A stretch of DNA of 64,000 bases from Azolla caroliniana (lineage: Eukaryota > Plantae > Polypodiophyta). The notes below the pieces were generated by a model. The model was not told the origin of the DNA and searched no databases. It saw nothing but the letters and a program-made list of their open reading frames with translations. Both the position numbers and the translations under genes were made by a program. Position 1 is the first letter of the stretch. Each line of letters opens with the position of its first letter. Positions 39,540-52,294 of the stretch are shown here, in pieces. The stretch is taken from contig JBHGNT010000012.1 in NCBI GenBank assembly GCA_043228905.1, positions 8,990,001 to 9,054,000 of the forward strand, given 5' to 3'.

Positions 39540-39865
39540 ACCTCTTGCCATGGAATGGTTGATGAACACATGCTTAAGGTACAAAAAACTGCCACACGTT
39601 GACTTTACCCCTTTACCTCTTGCCATGGAATGGTTGACAAACACATGCTTAAGGTGCAAAAAACTACCACACATTGACTTCTTAGAATTGATTTGGGAAG
39701 CAAAAAAATTTATCCAAAAGACACATAAAAGCAAAATTTTGTGTTCAGGTGCAAAATATGGAAAAATGGTCTCGAAGATGAGATGCAACACACTTGATTC
39801 ATGATGCATCAATAGATTCCTTTGTGAATGAGGCATTTTGGAATGCCCATGTATCATAGCATGGG
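39540..39865 (+). mobile_element. RTEX-like family A fragment with a 75-bp tandem duplication
   Basis: Homologous to 34925-35170; gccatggaatggttga repeated at 39547 and 39622. Confidence 0.75.
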
Positions 39866-40072
39866 TGTTATATACACATAACGTAGGTGAGGGTAGGTCA
39901 CTAATATTTACATAAATGAAGGGTATGTTCACTAATGTTAGAAAGGAACTAATGTGATTGGATAGAAGGAATGATAGGTGTGCCATGCACTATGTGTCAG
40001 GAATAGTACTAGAGGCAAAGAAAATTAGTACTAGAGAAGTAGAGAAAAGAGAAAAGACAGGGTGAGGATCAC

Positions 40073-40103
<31 letters not shown>

Positions 40104-40249
40104 GAGGAGATAGAGTGTTGAAGAGAGAAGTACGATAACAGGAAGTATATTATATGAAGAAGAGTACAAGGATAACAACGAGGCTTAAGACTGGCGTTGA
40201 ACCGAATTGGTTATGAATAGAGCCTCTACTTATCGTATGATTAGGAGTA

Positions 40250-40272
40250 TTCCTGAAGTTTCTAGAATGTTC
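40250..40272. promoter_or_regulatory. Heat-shock element, five perfect alternating units
   Basis: TTC-ct-GAA-gt-TTC-ta-GAA-tg-TTC. Confidence 0.75.
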
Positions 40273-40348
40273 TAGAGTAATCTAGAATATACATAATATT
40301 TTGTAATGAAATAATAGATGAAAATAGTACTTTTTTTATTACAATAGT

Positions 40349-40402
40349 TATCTTAGTGGTATGGCCTCAACCCATGTAACACAAGGTCACGGGTTCAATT
40401 TC
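40349..40402 (+). promoter_or_regulatory. tRNA-like Pol III A/B-box module, antisense in U3
   Basis: TATCTTAGTGG ... AGGTC ... GGTTCAATTTC with tRNA spacing. Confidence 0.55.
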
Positions 40403-41160
40403 TTTTGGTGCCATATCCTGACACTATCCCCCCCTTTGAATGACGAGTTTTACGAGTTGCCTTGGACTGAGGACCTAGTTTATCTGGATATTGCCAATGG
40501 AAATCCTCAAGAAATTCCTGAGCATTTGCCACATTCTCGACTAGTTCCCAGGTACAATCGCTTGGATTATATCCTAACCTATCCACCAAATAGTAGAGCT
40601 TATTACGAACTATTTTGGAATCAAGGATGATAGCAACTTCGTACTCAGCTCTGTCTTCAAGTTCGATCAAAGGCGAAGGTGGTGTAGTATGATTTAGAAT
40701 AGAGCTTTCTTACATGGGTGTAGGAGTGAACAATGAAATACTAGATGTATCTGTAATTGTGAAGGTAGATCAAGGCAAAAGGTGACATCATTAATTTTTC
40801 CGTTGATCATAAGAGGTAGCTGGTTACCTTGAGTATTGTGAAGAGATGCTTCCAATATTAAGAGATAAATTGAGGTTCGCGATCACTAATGATGGTGTCA
40901 GGAAGACCATGGTGCCGAAAAACTTCATGCATAACGATACTTGCGGTCTCTTCACTAGTGACCTCTTTAGTGCAAGACAAGAAATGTGCCATCTTAGTAT
41001 ATCGATCAACCACTATTAAGATAACGTTGAAACCCTTAGAATTTGGGAGATCTGTGATAAAATCCAAAGAAATTAATTGCCATGGCTTGCTTGGAATCGG
41101 TAATGGCTCTAATAAACCATACAAATGATGTCGGGGCATCTTTGCTCTGCAACATGTATC
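40395..41160 (-). pseudogene. pol: Integrase fragment plus chromodomain
   Basis: PWQLISLDFITDLP...VDRYTKMAHF...ISDREPQF; EYEVAIILDSKIVRNKLYYLVD..GY...TWE. Confidence 0.9.
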
Positions 41161-41379
41161 ACATGACTAAAGGAATGGAACCACTAATGGGTTGCACAGA
41201 TCCAGGGTTGTCCAGCCAAACGACTCTTATTTTGGCTGGACTTAAATCATTTAACTCTTCTTCTAGTTAATCGAGGACTTCAAATTTGTTTGATAAACTT
41301 GGGCTACTAGGATTAGCAGACACTCCTAATGAAATAGACTAGGGTTTAGTACTAGTAACTACTTGATTTACCTGTCTTC

Positions 41380-42379
41380 TTGGCCTATGGGGACAATTTA
41401 CTAGAATATGCCCTAGACCACCGCAATATAGACATTTAGCCGATTTGCTCGGCGTCATTGTTTTTCCTCTTCTGACAATGGTTCACGACAACGTGTTGTG
41501 TCGATTTCCATTGGGGTTGACGTATTTGTCGGGGACGTATTATATGAATCCGTTGGAAAAGGTTTTGCTATGATTGATGCATATGTGGGCTCCAATCTTA
41601 TCCTTGTCATTTGTAGTTCTGTCATTCTGAACGTCATTCAATAAACCAATTATCGCATCGCACGGCTCGACTGATTGCCTACATGAGCAACTTCGGTTCT
41701 TTAGGAAAAGTCAGGAGTAAGCCTTTGACATCATTGTGTAGGCCATACTGAAACTACTCCATCAATGTTTGGTCGTCCCATGGGATATTTGTGGCGAGTA
41801 GATGGAAATCCGCAACATAAGCTGAGGCGGGACGATCTCCTTCATGTAGTCTTCGGATTTTATTGATTACTGTCCTAATGCTATCAGTATCTCCAAAACA
41901 TGCTTTAAAATCGCTAATAAACTCCACGAAATTATTTAACAAATGAGATACTTTTTCTAACGAAGGGGCGAACCATGATAATGTTTTGCCACTAAGTAAG
42001 GTGCCTACTAGTCCAACTTGTGATACATCAGTGGGATATTGAGAAAGATGCATTTGAATCACTAGGCGTGCCTGATTAAGGAACCCTCTAAACTGTGATC
42101 GTGTTCCATTGAATTTCATGGGAAGCCCAATCTTGGGTTCTTTAGGGATCCCTTGAGTACTCGGTCCTTGTTGTTGCAACAACAGATAGTTGCTTCCAGT
42201 TGTTGCACGCATAATGCCAACTCCCCATGTTGTTGTTGCATTTGTTGCTTTTCTACAATGATTTGGTGAAGATCTCCTAGCAAACATTGATTTTCTTGTT
42301 CCAGTGCTACAAAATTTTCTTTCAAGCATTGAAGCTCCGAGAAGACGGGTTGGTATTCTTGTCTGCTAACAATTGCCAT
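41380..42379 (-). pseudogene. gag: gag (Tf1/sushi/Tcn1 type)
   Basis: PMKFNGTRSQFRGFLNQ..., TPMEID, CLYCGGLGHILVNC. Confidence 0.88.
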
Positions 42380-42458
42380 TTAATATTAGAGGAAAAAAGG
42401 ATAAGAAGATTAATATTAGAGGAAGCGAAGATGACAAGATGAGAAATTCGGTTCAAAC

Positions 42459-42881
42459 TGTCAAGAATAGTACTAGAGGTAGAGAAAATTAGTGCTAGAG
42501 AGGTAGAGAAGAGAGAAAAGACTATGTGAGGATCACAAGAGAGAGACAGAGAGAGAGAGGGGGGGGGGGGGAGAGAGAAATATGATAACAGGAAGTATAT
42601 TATATGAAGAAGAGTACAAGGATAATGACAAGGCTTAAGATTGGCGTTGAACCGAATTGGTTCTTAATAGTGGCATCTGCCTTTATTTATAGTATGATCA
42701 GGAGTATTCCTAAAGTTTCTAGAATGTTCGAGAGTAATCTAGAATATACATAATTTTCTGTAATGAAATAACAAATGATTATTTTTTGTATTACAATTGT
42801 TATCCTAGTGGTATGATCTCAACTCATGTAACATAAGGTAATGGGTTCAATTCTTTTTGGGGTCATATCATGATCTTGACA
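42459..42881 (-). repeat. 5' LTR (outer end uncertain, 42873-42881)
   Basis: Diverged direct repeat of 39995-40423; contains the A/B module at 42801-42854 and an HSE at 42707-42729. Confidence 0.88.
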
Positions 42882-43299
42882 ACCAATGAATGGAGAGTCT
42901 TTTGAAAGGCACATCTATTCAAGGGGCCTACGAAGAGGTATAAATATGAGGCTTAGCTACCCTCATAAGACACATTACGTCGAAAGGTTTCCTTCTTAAG
43001 ACACCGGTGGTGGGGGCTAGGGTTTCATCATGAAGATCGTGTTATCTCTTCCAAGGTATTAGTCATCCCAATATCCGGCAGTATGGGACGTCAGTGGTAG
43101 GTTGGCTATGTCTAGATCATAGCTTAGAGGTGGTCAAGTGGAACGAGTTCGTCCATCCAATTTATTTACCATGTTTTTACTTTACTTTGGTCTATTGATT
43201 AGTAATAGACTATCAAGAATAGAATCAATGGGAAAGATCGTGCTCCAAAAACATCATAAAATCTCTCTCTCTCTCCTCCCCCCCCCCCCCCCTAAGAAC

Positions 43300-44036
43300 G
43301 CATCAATCATGGAGACATTAAGTGTTGGGTCCTCAAGAAATACCTTTTCGACACTCAAGTGACACCGGTGTTTTTCTATGGGGTGGTAGCATCCCTAAAT
43401 ATACTTGGAAAGAGATTGAAAATGTTCAAAAATATTTTCTTACAAAGTGTCTACAAGCTAAGAAACAAACACCATACACCCTACTCCTTGAGACGGGATC
43501 GCTTCACATTGAGATCATGGCCATGGAAAGGGTTGTTGAATACATGCTTAAGGTTCAAAAAAGTCCCTCACATCGACTTCCTAGGATTGCATGGGAAGCA
43601 AGCAAAAAGATCCAAAAGACGCATAAAAGCAAAATTTTGTGTTCCGGTTGGATGCAAGATATAAAAAAATGGTTTGGTAGATGGGATGTGAAACACTTGC
43701 TTTATGATGCATCACTAGATTCCTCTATAAATGAGGCCTTTTTGCAATGCCAATGTATCATGACATGGGACAAATGTGGAGATTCACACTTCACACATTA
43801 TATTATACCTAACTACAAAACCATATTCTTCGTGGACGGTGGAAACCATACACCTTGATACATGTTACAGCCCATTCCGTTGTCTGGAATTTGAACCGTT
43901 GCTTCCATGCAACTTTAGCTCATAGGTCTCATAGGTCATATTTGACCCCCGAAGACGGTGAAATGTAATATTTTTGGTCTCATAGGTCATATTTGACCTC
44001 CGAAGACGATAATAGAATATATCTATCTATCTATCT
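43300..44036 (+). mobile_element. RTEX-like family A 3' fragment with duplicated terminus and (CTAT)n tail
   Basis: ORF 43322..43858 is homologous to 57504..58330; ggtctcataggtcatatttgacc occurs twice. Confidence 0.85.
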
Positions 44037-45582
44037 TTGGTGAAAAGTTACAATTATATTAATAAATATGTGTGAAAAACATTACAATGGTACCACAATG
44101 GAGTACAGTCACCACTCATCGGTAGAAGAACATGTTAAATTGCTCTACTTGCTCGAATAGAGGAAATTGCCACATTATACTCCCTTCAACTTTCGTAGAT
44201 ATGCTTTGACTCCATACCTACCATCAAATACAAAAGCATGGCGCATATCCCAATTATGATGCAATCCCCAATATCGTAGTAATAGGAAAATGATCATCAC
44301 CTCTAATTTTGAGTCAACTTATATGAATTGTGCAAACACTCACTGTCTTGGCATCAAATAACACCATGACAAAACTTCCCAAATTTGAGAAACATAACTC
44401 AAATATGACAAGCAATTGAGTATTGTATGAAATGATGAATACTATCTTCCACTTAAAAAATGCAAAAAAAGTAATTGCCCCTTTCTATTCGATGTCGTTT
44501 TAAAGCTAATCCCAAAGCCAAACCCCAATCAAAACTCGACCATCGGAGAGACACAAGGGAGCAATACAAGAGATTAATAGTCACTTGTAAAAACGGTGTT
44601 TGACCCCATAAACATCAATCAACCCATGATTGCTTATTTGTTTCTAGAGGTAAAGGGCCCTACATCAATGTTATATTTTGTAGTTGTTGCCAAATAAACC
44701 CATAATTGGGCATGATGTGTAATAATTATCATGCTTCAATAAACTCCAAATTTCTTGGAGATCGAGCCTAAACTATATCTCGTACAACCCTTTGAACTCT
44801 AAATTAAACAATTGAATAAATTGAGAGTGCAATCTCTCCTTTGTTTGGCAACATAATAACCAAAAAGACAAGTAACTCTTTTTGCAAAGAATTACAATAC
44901 TCTATACTAGATGGTTTTCATACAAATAAGGAGAGTTGTTCATGTCATCAGACAACCAAGTGGTGAACAAATGAGTGATGAATCTTGCCTTCATTGTTAT
45001 CCTCCCATGTGTTATACCCTCATTCTCAATGAAATATTGGACAAGAGATTTCTAAAAATAGTGAATACATCATGTCTAACAATAGAGAAAATCTCGAAGC
45101 CATCATATGCATATATAAGTCTAATATTGCAACTTCCCCGAAGCACTTAAGGGTTGTTAGATGGTTCCATGCAACCCATATGATTCCCATCTTTTCCCTC
45201 TTTCTTCAGAACTAATATATAGAAGAGGTTGCAAAACAGAGTGCAATGCCCTCTTTGCCCATGATAGCAATGGCAAGTAATAAAATATCATGGTTCCATT
45301 ATACATTGTACAACTTTTGGGCATACATCAAATGGCAAAGATTGTGAATTACAATTCATGAACTTATCCCTTAACTTGCTAGAGATCAATCGATTAGTTG
45401 ATCATTCATAACAATCATTCCCAATGTATACTCCAAGTTTCCAAATTAGAGTCTTTTCTAAGCATGGATCATTGCCATCCTCGACATTCCAAATCCATCT
45501 CAATACATGAGATGAGGTTAAACTTCCTCCCATTAATATATAGTTTAGATGCTAATGCAAATTGGTTCCACACATGCATCCT

Positions 45583-46062
45583 TGTTGAGCAGACAAGCTC
45601 AACATGATCTGGATCGGCTGAATAAGCCAAAGCTAGATCGTAATCTGGAACGAAGAACCGATCGGGGTTCAGAACCATGAGCCGGATCGGTTTCCGGAAT
45701 AGAGAGTCGGATCAGTGCAAAATGGTAGGCCGTTAGAGGCCTACGGTCCTAGCCAATTACATAGGCATATTTTTGGGAGTCTGTGTCATGGATCAATACG
45801 AGCATTTAAGTACTTGTCAGTGCTTCTGTCAGTCCTTTTAAGGACTTGTATAAAAGTGCTCACAGAGGACATTGTATGTACAGAGTATTGAGTATTTTTG
45901 AAATAGAGTTTTTTGTGTGTTCTTCTCTCTCTGTCTCTCCCTCGTACTCTGTGTGTGTGTCTGTGTGTGTGTGTGAAGATTTCCATTAAACCTTCATTCT
46001 ATTTTCTATTGCTATCCGGCAGAACTGGTTACATCTACAAGCTTCCGCATGCTATTTTTACA
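45583..46062 (+). repeat. copia 5' LTR
   Basis: tgttgag...tttaca followed by a Met-i PBS. Confidence 0.92.
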
Positions 46063-46158
46063 TGGTATCAGAGTGCTAGGGTTGAGAATCCTTTGTAGCT
46101 GACAAAGTGTACAGATAGAACAAAACCTAACACTCGGTAAGAATAGATAGAGGAGGAG

Positions 46159-46360
46159 ATGGATAGAAGCATAACAAGGTCGCTTCCAACGGAGAAGCTC
46201 GACAGAAACAACTACGCCTCTTGCTATTACAAGATGCACCAGTTCCTACTGGGGCACAACTACTGGAGTTATGTCGAAGGAGAAAACGAGGTAGAGCCGG
46301 AGCCAGGAAATCTCGGTATGGGAACAAGGATCAAGCAGAGTGTTGTACTGCCTCGCATCA
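46159..46360 (+). pseudogene. gag: copia gag N-terminus
   Basis: LPTEKLDRNNYAS.YYKMHQFLLGHNYWSYVEG, then after a frameshift WEQGSSRVLYCLAS. Confidence 0.8.
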
Positions 46361-49300
46361 AGGGAGAATCCACGGGATATGACAACAAAATCCGATGTGG
46401 GCGGCGTTTGAAGAAGCACTAAAGATCACATTCGCTATCGAGGACTCCTCCAAGGCAACACAGAGAGGATTCGAAGATTGGGTGGAAACACCTGACAAGG
46501 GGCTGAGGGTCCTCGATGTGTTAAGCAATTATGTGACGACTATGGGAATACGTGTGGGAGAAACATCTAGAGTGAATTCGTCTTTCTGGCTGGAAGTGCT
46601 AGAAATCTCCGAGAAAACCAACTCTGATGAGATCCGAAGCACTACGGAAGGCATCCGAGAAGCTACAGGATGGAAGTGCCCCGTAGATAAGAATAATGTA
46701 TATGCCCTATGCCAATTACATGAGGTGTATGTCGATGAGAAACGACGGTGCATGGATGATGCGGTCAGACCATTGAAGACACTGGAGAGTTGGAATTCCA
46801 AAGGAAAAGGAAAAGGGAAGTCGATTCCGGCATTCAAAATCGCCTCGGACATTGAACAAAAAACAGACCTAATGAAGGTGTTCAAAGAGAGAATCCAAGT
46901 CGGGTGGAATTCTCCCTTCGAGAATTGCTCAGAATTGTGAAGAAAGAGTTCCATGACCTCCTCGTGGATCTCGTGAAAAGAAAGAGAGAAGCTATGAAAG
47001 AATCAAATGCTCCAATGGTAAATGCAAATACCGTTCTAATGAATGATACGGAAGTAGAGGGTGAGATTCTGAACTCTCATGACACAATTCCACATTGGGC
47101 ACGAGCAACTATGGAGACTCCGGTCCGAATTGGAAACATCAAAGAGCCTGTAGTCGCATTGATTGATCATGGACCAGAGATCAATTTGATGTCCAAGGAG
47201 TTCTATCGGAAAGGGAAGTGGCCTATTAACACCAACCATGGATGGAAGATTCAGGCAGCCACTAAAGCAACGGAAGACTTATTTGTGGCTTCTTCGGATG
47301 TGATGGTGAAAATCGGAGATGTGGAGATTGACCAAAATTTCTTCATGCAAGATGAGGTCTCACATTCTGTGATCCTCAGGCAACCCTTCATCACAACTTC
47401 ACGGAAGGAAACAAAGGTGCTCGATAGCGGAGCGGCTTCCGCACGGATTCGAAGCCAAAGTGGAGGAGAAACCATCCAATTCCTAACTGTGCCATCGAAT
47501 CACGAAAGGAACAAGAGAGCTCTTGTCCCAAACAAAAATGGATTTTTAAAGCGGACTATTGCGGAGTGGGGAAGTGATAGTCCGAGAAGCCTTGATACCC
47601 CACACAGGAAGAAAACTCTTGGACCAAAACAAGTGTGAATCAGTCCAGATGGGGCATCTACGTACATGGTCGTGACCGGAGAAATGAAGAAAGAACTCCA
47701 GAAGATGCAGGATGAGCTACGGTCTACATCAATCATAAAAGAGGATGAAGAAATCATGGGAGTAGTTGAATAAGTGTTCTATGGGAGCACACTTCAATGA
47801 CTTGAAGAGCTTGCAGAAGAGAATTGCTAAGAAGATCGAGTAGTTCCAATGGAATCTGTTGAGATGTACGAGATCATTGCGGAATTGGGGCCGGATGTTC
47901 TCCGCAAAGAAGCAATGGTATGCACGAAATTCAAGACCATAGAAAAGAAGGTGAAACCATCTACGGGACCATTACCCACCAATAGTGAACAAAAGAGGAA
48001 AGAAGTCTCGAGGGATCCAACACTTCGAAAGTCCGTGGATATCGTACATACCTTCATGAATAAAACTCGAAAGAAACTCTGGATCAATGGAGATGGGTTC
48101 CTCTTATCGGATGAAGAAGAACGATTCTGTGAGATGTTGGAGCAGCATGGAAAAGCATTTGCATTCACATCAAGAGAGATAGGGTGCGTTGATCCGAAGA
48201 AAGTGGAGCCAATGGTGATCTTCACGATAGAATATGTACCACGGAACCTGAAGCCGATTCTGGTGCCACGGGTGCATATTCCGAAAATTATTGACTTACT
48301 CAAGGAGAAGGTGGTGATGGGGATTCTAGATTCATCAAATGCTCCGTACTCAAACTGATGGTTTATGGTTTCGAAGAAGAATAGGTCACTCTGGTTTATT
48401 CAAGATTTGCAACCAATGAACAAGGTCAGGATCTGGAACTCCGGAGTTGGTCCGATAGTGGATGAATTTGCAGAAGCGTTTGCCGGACGCGCGATACACT
48501 CCATCGGAGACCTATACTCCGGGTATGACAAATTCCAACTAACCGTGGAGAGCCAGGATATCACTACAATACGAATATCGATAGGATTAGTCTGGATGTG
48601 TATGCTACCACAAGGAGTGACGAACTCGGTCGTACATATGATGAATGTGATGAACAAGGTGTTCCGAGACTGCATTCCGAAGATAACGATGTCGTTCTTT
48701 GATGACATTCTGATGAAAGGATGTGCAGTGGAAGAAAAGAATGAGACTAAGGATGATTAGGGATGCGGAAAGTTCGTAGTCGACCATATTCACGACTGTG
48801 AGAAAGTGCTACAAAGGTTAGACGATGTGCACTTAACACTCTCCGGAGAGAAATCGGCATTCAGACAAGAAGAGATATTGGTAGTCGTACATCTATGTGG
48901 GCCCTACGACCGAAGACCATCACCAGTCAAGATCAATGTGATTCAACCTATGAAAGAAATATGCGAGTCAGAATCTGAAGTCTGTGGATTTGTTGGTGCG
49001 TGTGCATTTTATCACATATGGATTCCGTACTATGCACACATTACAGACCCACTCTATCACTTGTTGCGGAAGGGTAAGAAGTTCGAATGGAGACTGGAAC
49101 ATACCAAAGCCATAAGAAGCTCAAGAAAACACTACGGAGGGTTGAAGCACTTAAGAAGCCAAACTATGACCAACCGATCATAGTGACGGTTGATACAAGT
49201 CCAACCGGGATTGGATGGGTCATCAACCAAGTCGACTCGGATGGTTCACAATACCCGATTCAATTCGGACCAAAGGTTCTCAACGAAAGGAAACACGGAT

Positions 49301-51046
49301 ATGCACAAGTTAAAAGAGAATTATGGGGAGTCGTGTCAGCAATAATATCAGATCCATATTATTTGATTGGAGCCGAAGTAGTGATCGAAACGGATTGTCT
49401 TCCGATACTCGGGATGATGCGATGTTGCACAGAACCAGATGACATGGCTATGCTAAAATGGATTGCATATGTAAAGTCACTTAATCTGGAGGTTTGTTAC
49501 ATCTCGAGAAAAGACAACGCGGTAGCGGATATGTTATCAAGGGCCTGGTTCGAAGATGATAGTCGGATAATGAAGAAGTTTTCGAAGACTACTTTACTTT
49601 TGAGCACATATGTCGGGTGAACATGATTCAAGGGTTCCAGGAAGACGAATATGAGGGAGAAAGCTTACTGATTGGGAAAGTGCTACAAGAAATCGAGGAA
49701 TCATCAGACAATAAAGAAAAGAGAGCCAAGATCCGAAGGAAGAAACGACAAGTCCAGAAGTTCTTCTTGAACAATAGACTAATTTGGAGGGAGCCGAAAA
49801 GACCGGATGGTATGCCACTCCGGGTAGTCGGCACAAAGGAACAACAAAAACAAGTAATATCTGAATTTCACAAATCCGATTGGGCTGGACATCGGGGAAC
49901 ATGGTTAACATTTGCAAACAAAAATATTGGTGGAAGAATATCTACAAGGATGTAGCGGAGTTCACCGAAAGCTGCGAGAAATGTCAAATCTACTCTAGAA
50001 TTCAACACCGGGACAAATTACATCTGACATTCTCACCGACAATCAACTTTAAATGGATGGTCAACATCATGGCCATGCCAACCGGGATCGGACAAAAGAA
50101 GTATCTGACAAACCACGTAGAAGGTCGGGCGCTACGGAGAAAAACATGTTCCACAATATGCCAATTTCTCCTGGAAGAAGTGTTCTGCAAGTATGGGTGC
50201 GTAGGACAAGTGATTGCGGATCGGGGAGAACTTGAGTCTGATAAAGCTAGGGAATTCTTCGCTAAACATGGAGTACAGTTGACACTAACCACGACATACA
50301 ATCTAGAAGCAAACAGGAAGATCGAATGAGGACATAGTCCAATCGTAAAAGCACTTGCAAAAGCGTGCGACGGGAGGGTGAAGAATTGGCCGCAGATGCT
50401 TCTATATGCCCTATGGGCGGATCGCACAATGCATAGTTCCATGACCGGATATATGCCAATGGAACTTATGACCTAACAAGCTCCGGTAATGCCTACGGAA
50501 ACCGCAATTGCAACATGGACAATGCTGCCATGGAAGGAAGAGATGAGTCGGGAAGAACTACTACCAATCCGGATACAACAGCTAGAAGGAAAAGCGGAAG
50601 ACGTAGCGGATGTGGTGCACCGACAACAAGAAGCGTGATTTTGGAACAAACATCGATTCGATAAAAACCACCGACTTCGACCGCGGAAGATTGAAGAAGG
50701 GGATTGGGTGATAGTCTATGACAGTAGTCTGGATCATCAACAAAGCTCAATACAAAAATTTGCTAAAAGGTGGTTCGGACCATACGAAGTTCGAAAAGCA
50801 TTCGACAACGGAACTTACCAGCTAAGTGAGCTAGATGGAACAATTCTTCAAGTGCCTATAGCAGGGAAGTGGGTGAAGATTTTCAAGAACCAAATTGACG
50901 TCGAACCCTACGTATTCTTAGACAAACCCGACACAAAGGAGCAATCAGATAACGATCACGAAGGTGCAGAAAGCGAGGAAAGCGAGCTCGATTTAATAAT
51001 CGACATAGGGGAAGAGATAGAGGGTGCTTCAGATGAAGAAGAGTAA
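46361..51046 (+). pseudogene. gag-pol: gypsy gag(partial)-pol of a distinct non-chromovirus lineage
   Basis: PR ALIDHGPEINLM, RT DLYSGY...LPQG...FFDDIL, RH VDTSP...ELWG, IN IADRGE, GPY motif. Confidence 0.9.
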
Positions 51047-51102
51047 CAAGTACTGGAAATTTCGGCACATACCTGAGGATGTGCAGATTCGGAGGCAGTG
51101 AG

Positions 51103-51816
51103 TGTTGTAGTGTACTTTGTACACTACATAAAATATGTGTGGAGTACCCCATTGACTAAGTATAAAGAAATAGGAGAAAATACTAAAACAATTATGTTAC
51201 ATGCATATGGCAAGATTTGAACCCCGTACCTCCATGTTAACAATTTCAAGCCTCACCATTGTCCTAACACATTATGATTATTAAAATTATAGTAAACTTT
51301 ATCTCATATCAATATTCTAAATAACCATGATAGAAAAAGTTATTCATGCATACACACTTGAGTTAAATGAAAAAGGGTTTCTCCCACTTGAGTTAAAGGA
51401 AAAGCATGATAGGAAAAGTTAATCATGGACATGTAGTGTGCATGTACACTAGAGTTAGAAAAGGCATAATGCTTGCATGTGGTAAACTTAGTCTCTCCCA
51501 TTACTATACAAGGGTGGGGAGTAAATTGTAATGGTTGTTGATTCTTGGATTTTTTATTACGATCTAAATATTGATTAATATAATAGTTGTTGAATTCACA
51601 AATTTTGATCTCTTTTCTCAATCTACTCTAATCTCTTCTAAACTATTTCATTTTACTAAGTCTATGATTTTAAATATGAAGTTAAACTAATTCACTATAT
51701 TCGTGGGATTCATGAATTTCTATCTCTTTCTTCAATCTATTCATATTCTTATCTTCCTTAGAATTCTCCTCCTCCTAGTCCAAAACCCCAGTGGTTCCCA
51801 CCCGACTCACGCAACG
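51103..51816 (+). repeat. gypsy LTR preceded by a PPT-like tract and followed by a PBS-like TGGCGCCCAA
   Basis: tgttg...caacg ends; ggaggcagtgag at 51091-51102; tggcgcccaaag at 51820-51831. Confidence 0.7.
51213..51266 (-). promoter_or_regulatory. tRNA-like Pol III A/B-box module, antisense in U3
   Basis: TAGGACAATGG ... AGGTA ... GGTTCAAATCT on the minus strand. Confidence 0.55.
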
Positions 51817-51831
51817 ATCTGGCGCCCAAAG

Positions 51832-52165
51832 ACATGACACCAGATCGTAATCTAGAACGAAGGACCAGATCAGTCTCCGGAACCAAGAACCGGATCGATA
51901 TCCTGAATAGGGAGCTAAATCGGTATTTGGATTAGTGCGAACTGTTAGGTCATTAGATGCCTACGGTCCTAGCCTATTAGATATGCATATTTTTGGGAGT
52001 GTGTCATAGCTTAGTACGAGCATTGAAGTACTCGTCAGTACTTTTGTCAGTCCTTTTAAGGACTTGTATAAAAGTGCTCACAAAGCACATTGTATGTACA
52101 GATTATTGAGTATTTTTGAAATAGAGTTTTTTGTGTGTTCTGCTCTCTCTGTCTCTCCCTCGTAC

Positions 52166-52206
<41 letters not shown>

Positions 52207-52294
52207 CAAGCTTTCAATTAAACCTTCATTCTATTTTATGTTGCTATATGGCTGAACCGGTTGTGTCTACCAGCTTCTGCACGCTATTTTTACA
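51832..52294 (+). repeat. copia 3' LTR lacking its first ~20 nt
   Basis: Direct repeat of 45602-46062. Confidence 0.88.

Larger units (their letters stand above)
39995..40423 (-). repeat. 3' LTR
   Basis: tgtcagg...cctgaca; PPT adjacent at 40424-40440. Confidence 0.92.
39995..42881 (-). mobile_element. Tcn1/Tf1-like self-priming chromovirus, internally deleted (~2.9 kb)
   Basis: Two LTRs, PPT, gag with CCHC, partial integrase and chromodomain; no PR, RT or RH. Confidence 0.88.
39866..43207 (+). repeat. Old solo LTR related to the 13657 family, split by the 39995 insertion (39866-39994 plus ~42882-43207)
   Basis: tataaatatgaggc.tagctaccctcat and ggtatgggacg match the 13657 LTR; tgtta...taata ends. 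Confidence 0.5.
45583..52294 (+). mobile_element. Bryco/RLC5-like copia shell whose interior is replaced by a gypsy segment
   Basis: LTRs 45583-46062 and ~51832-52294, near-TSD ATCCT/ATCCC, PBS tggtatcagag at 46063, copia gag start at 46159. Confidence 0.82.

Noticed and set aside
40349-40415. Bona fide tRNA genes at the A/B-box modules
   Set aside because: Acceptor, anticodon and T stems do not pair; reported only as promoter-like modules
44050-45580. Possible degenerate L1-like coding remnant on the minus strand
   Set aside because: Only isolated weak motifs (WIWN...LIWKL, DHFPI) in inconsistent order
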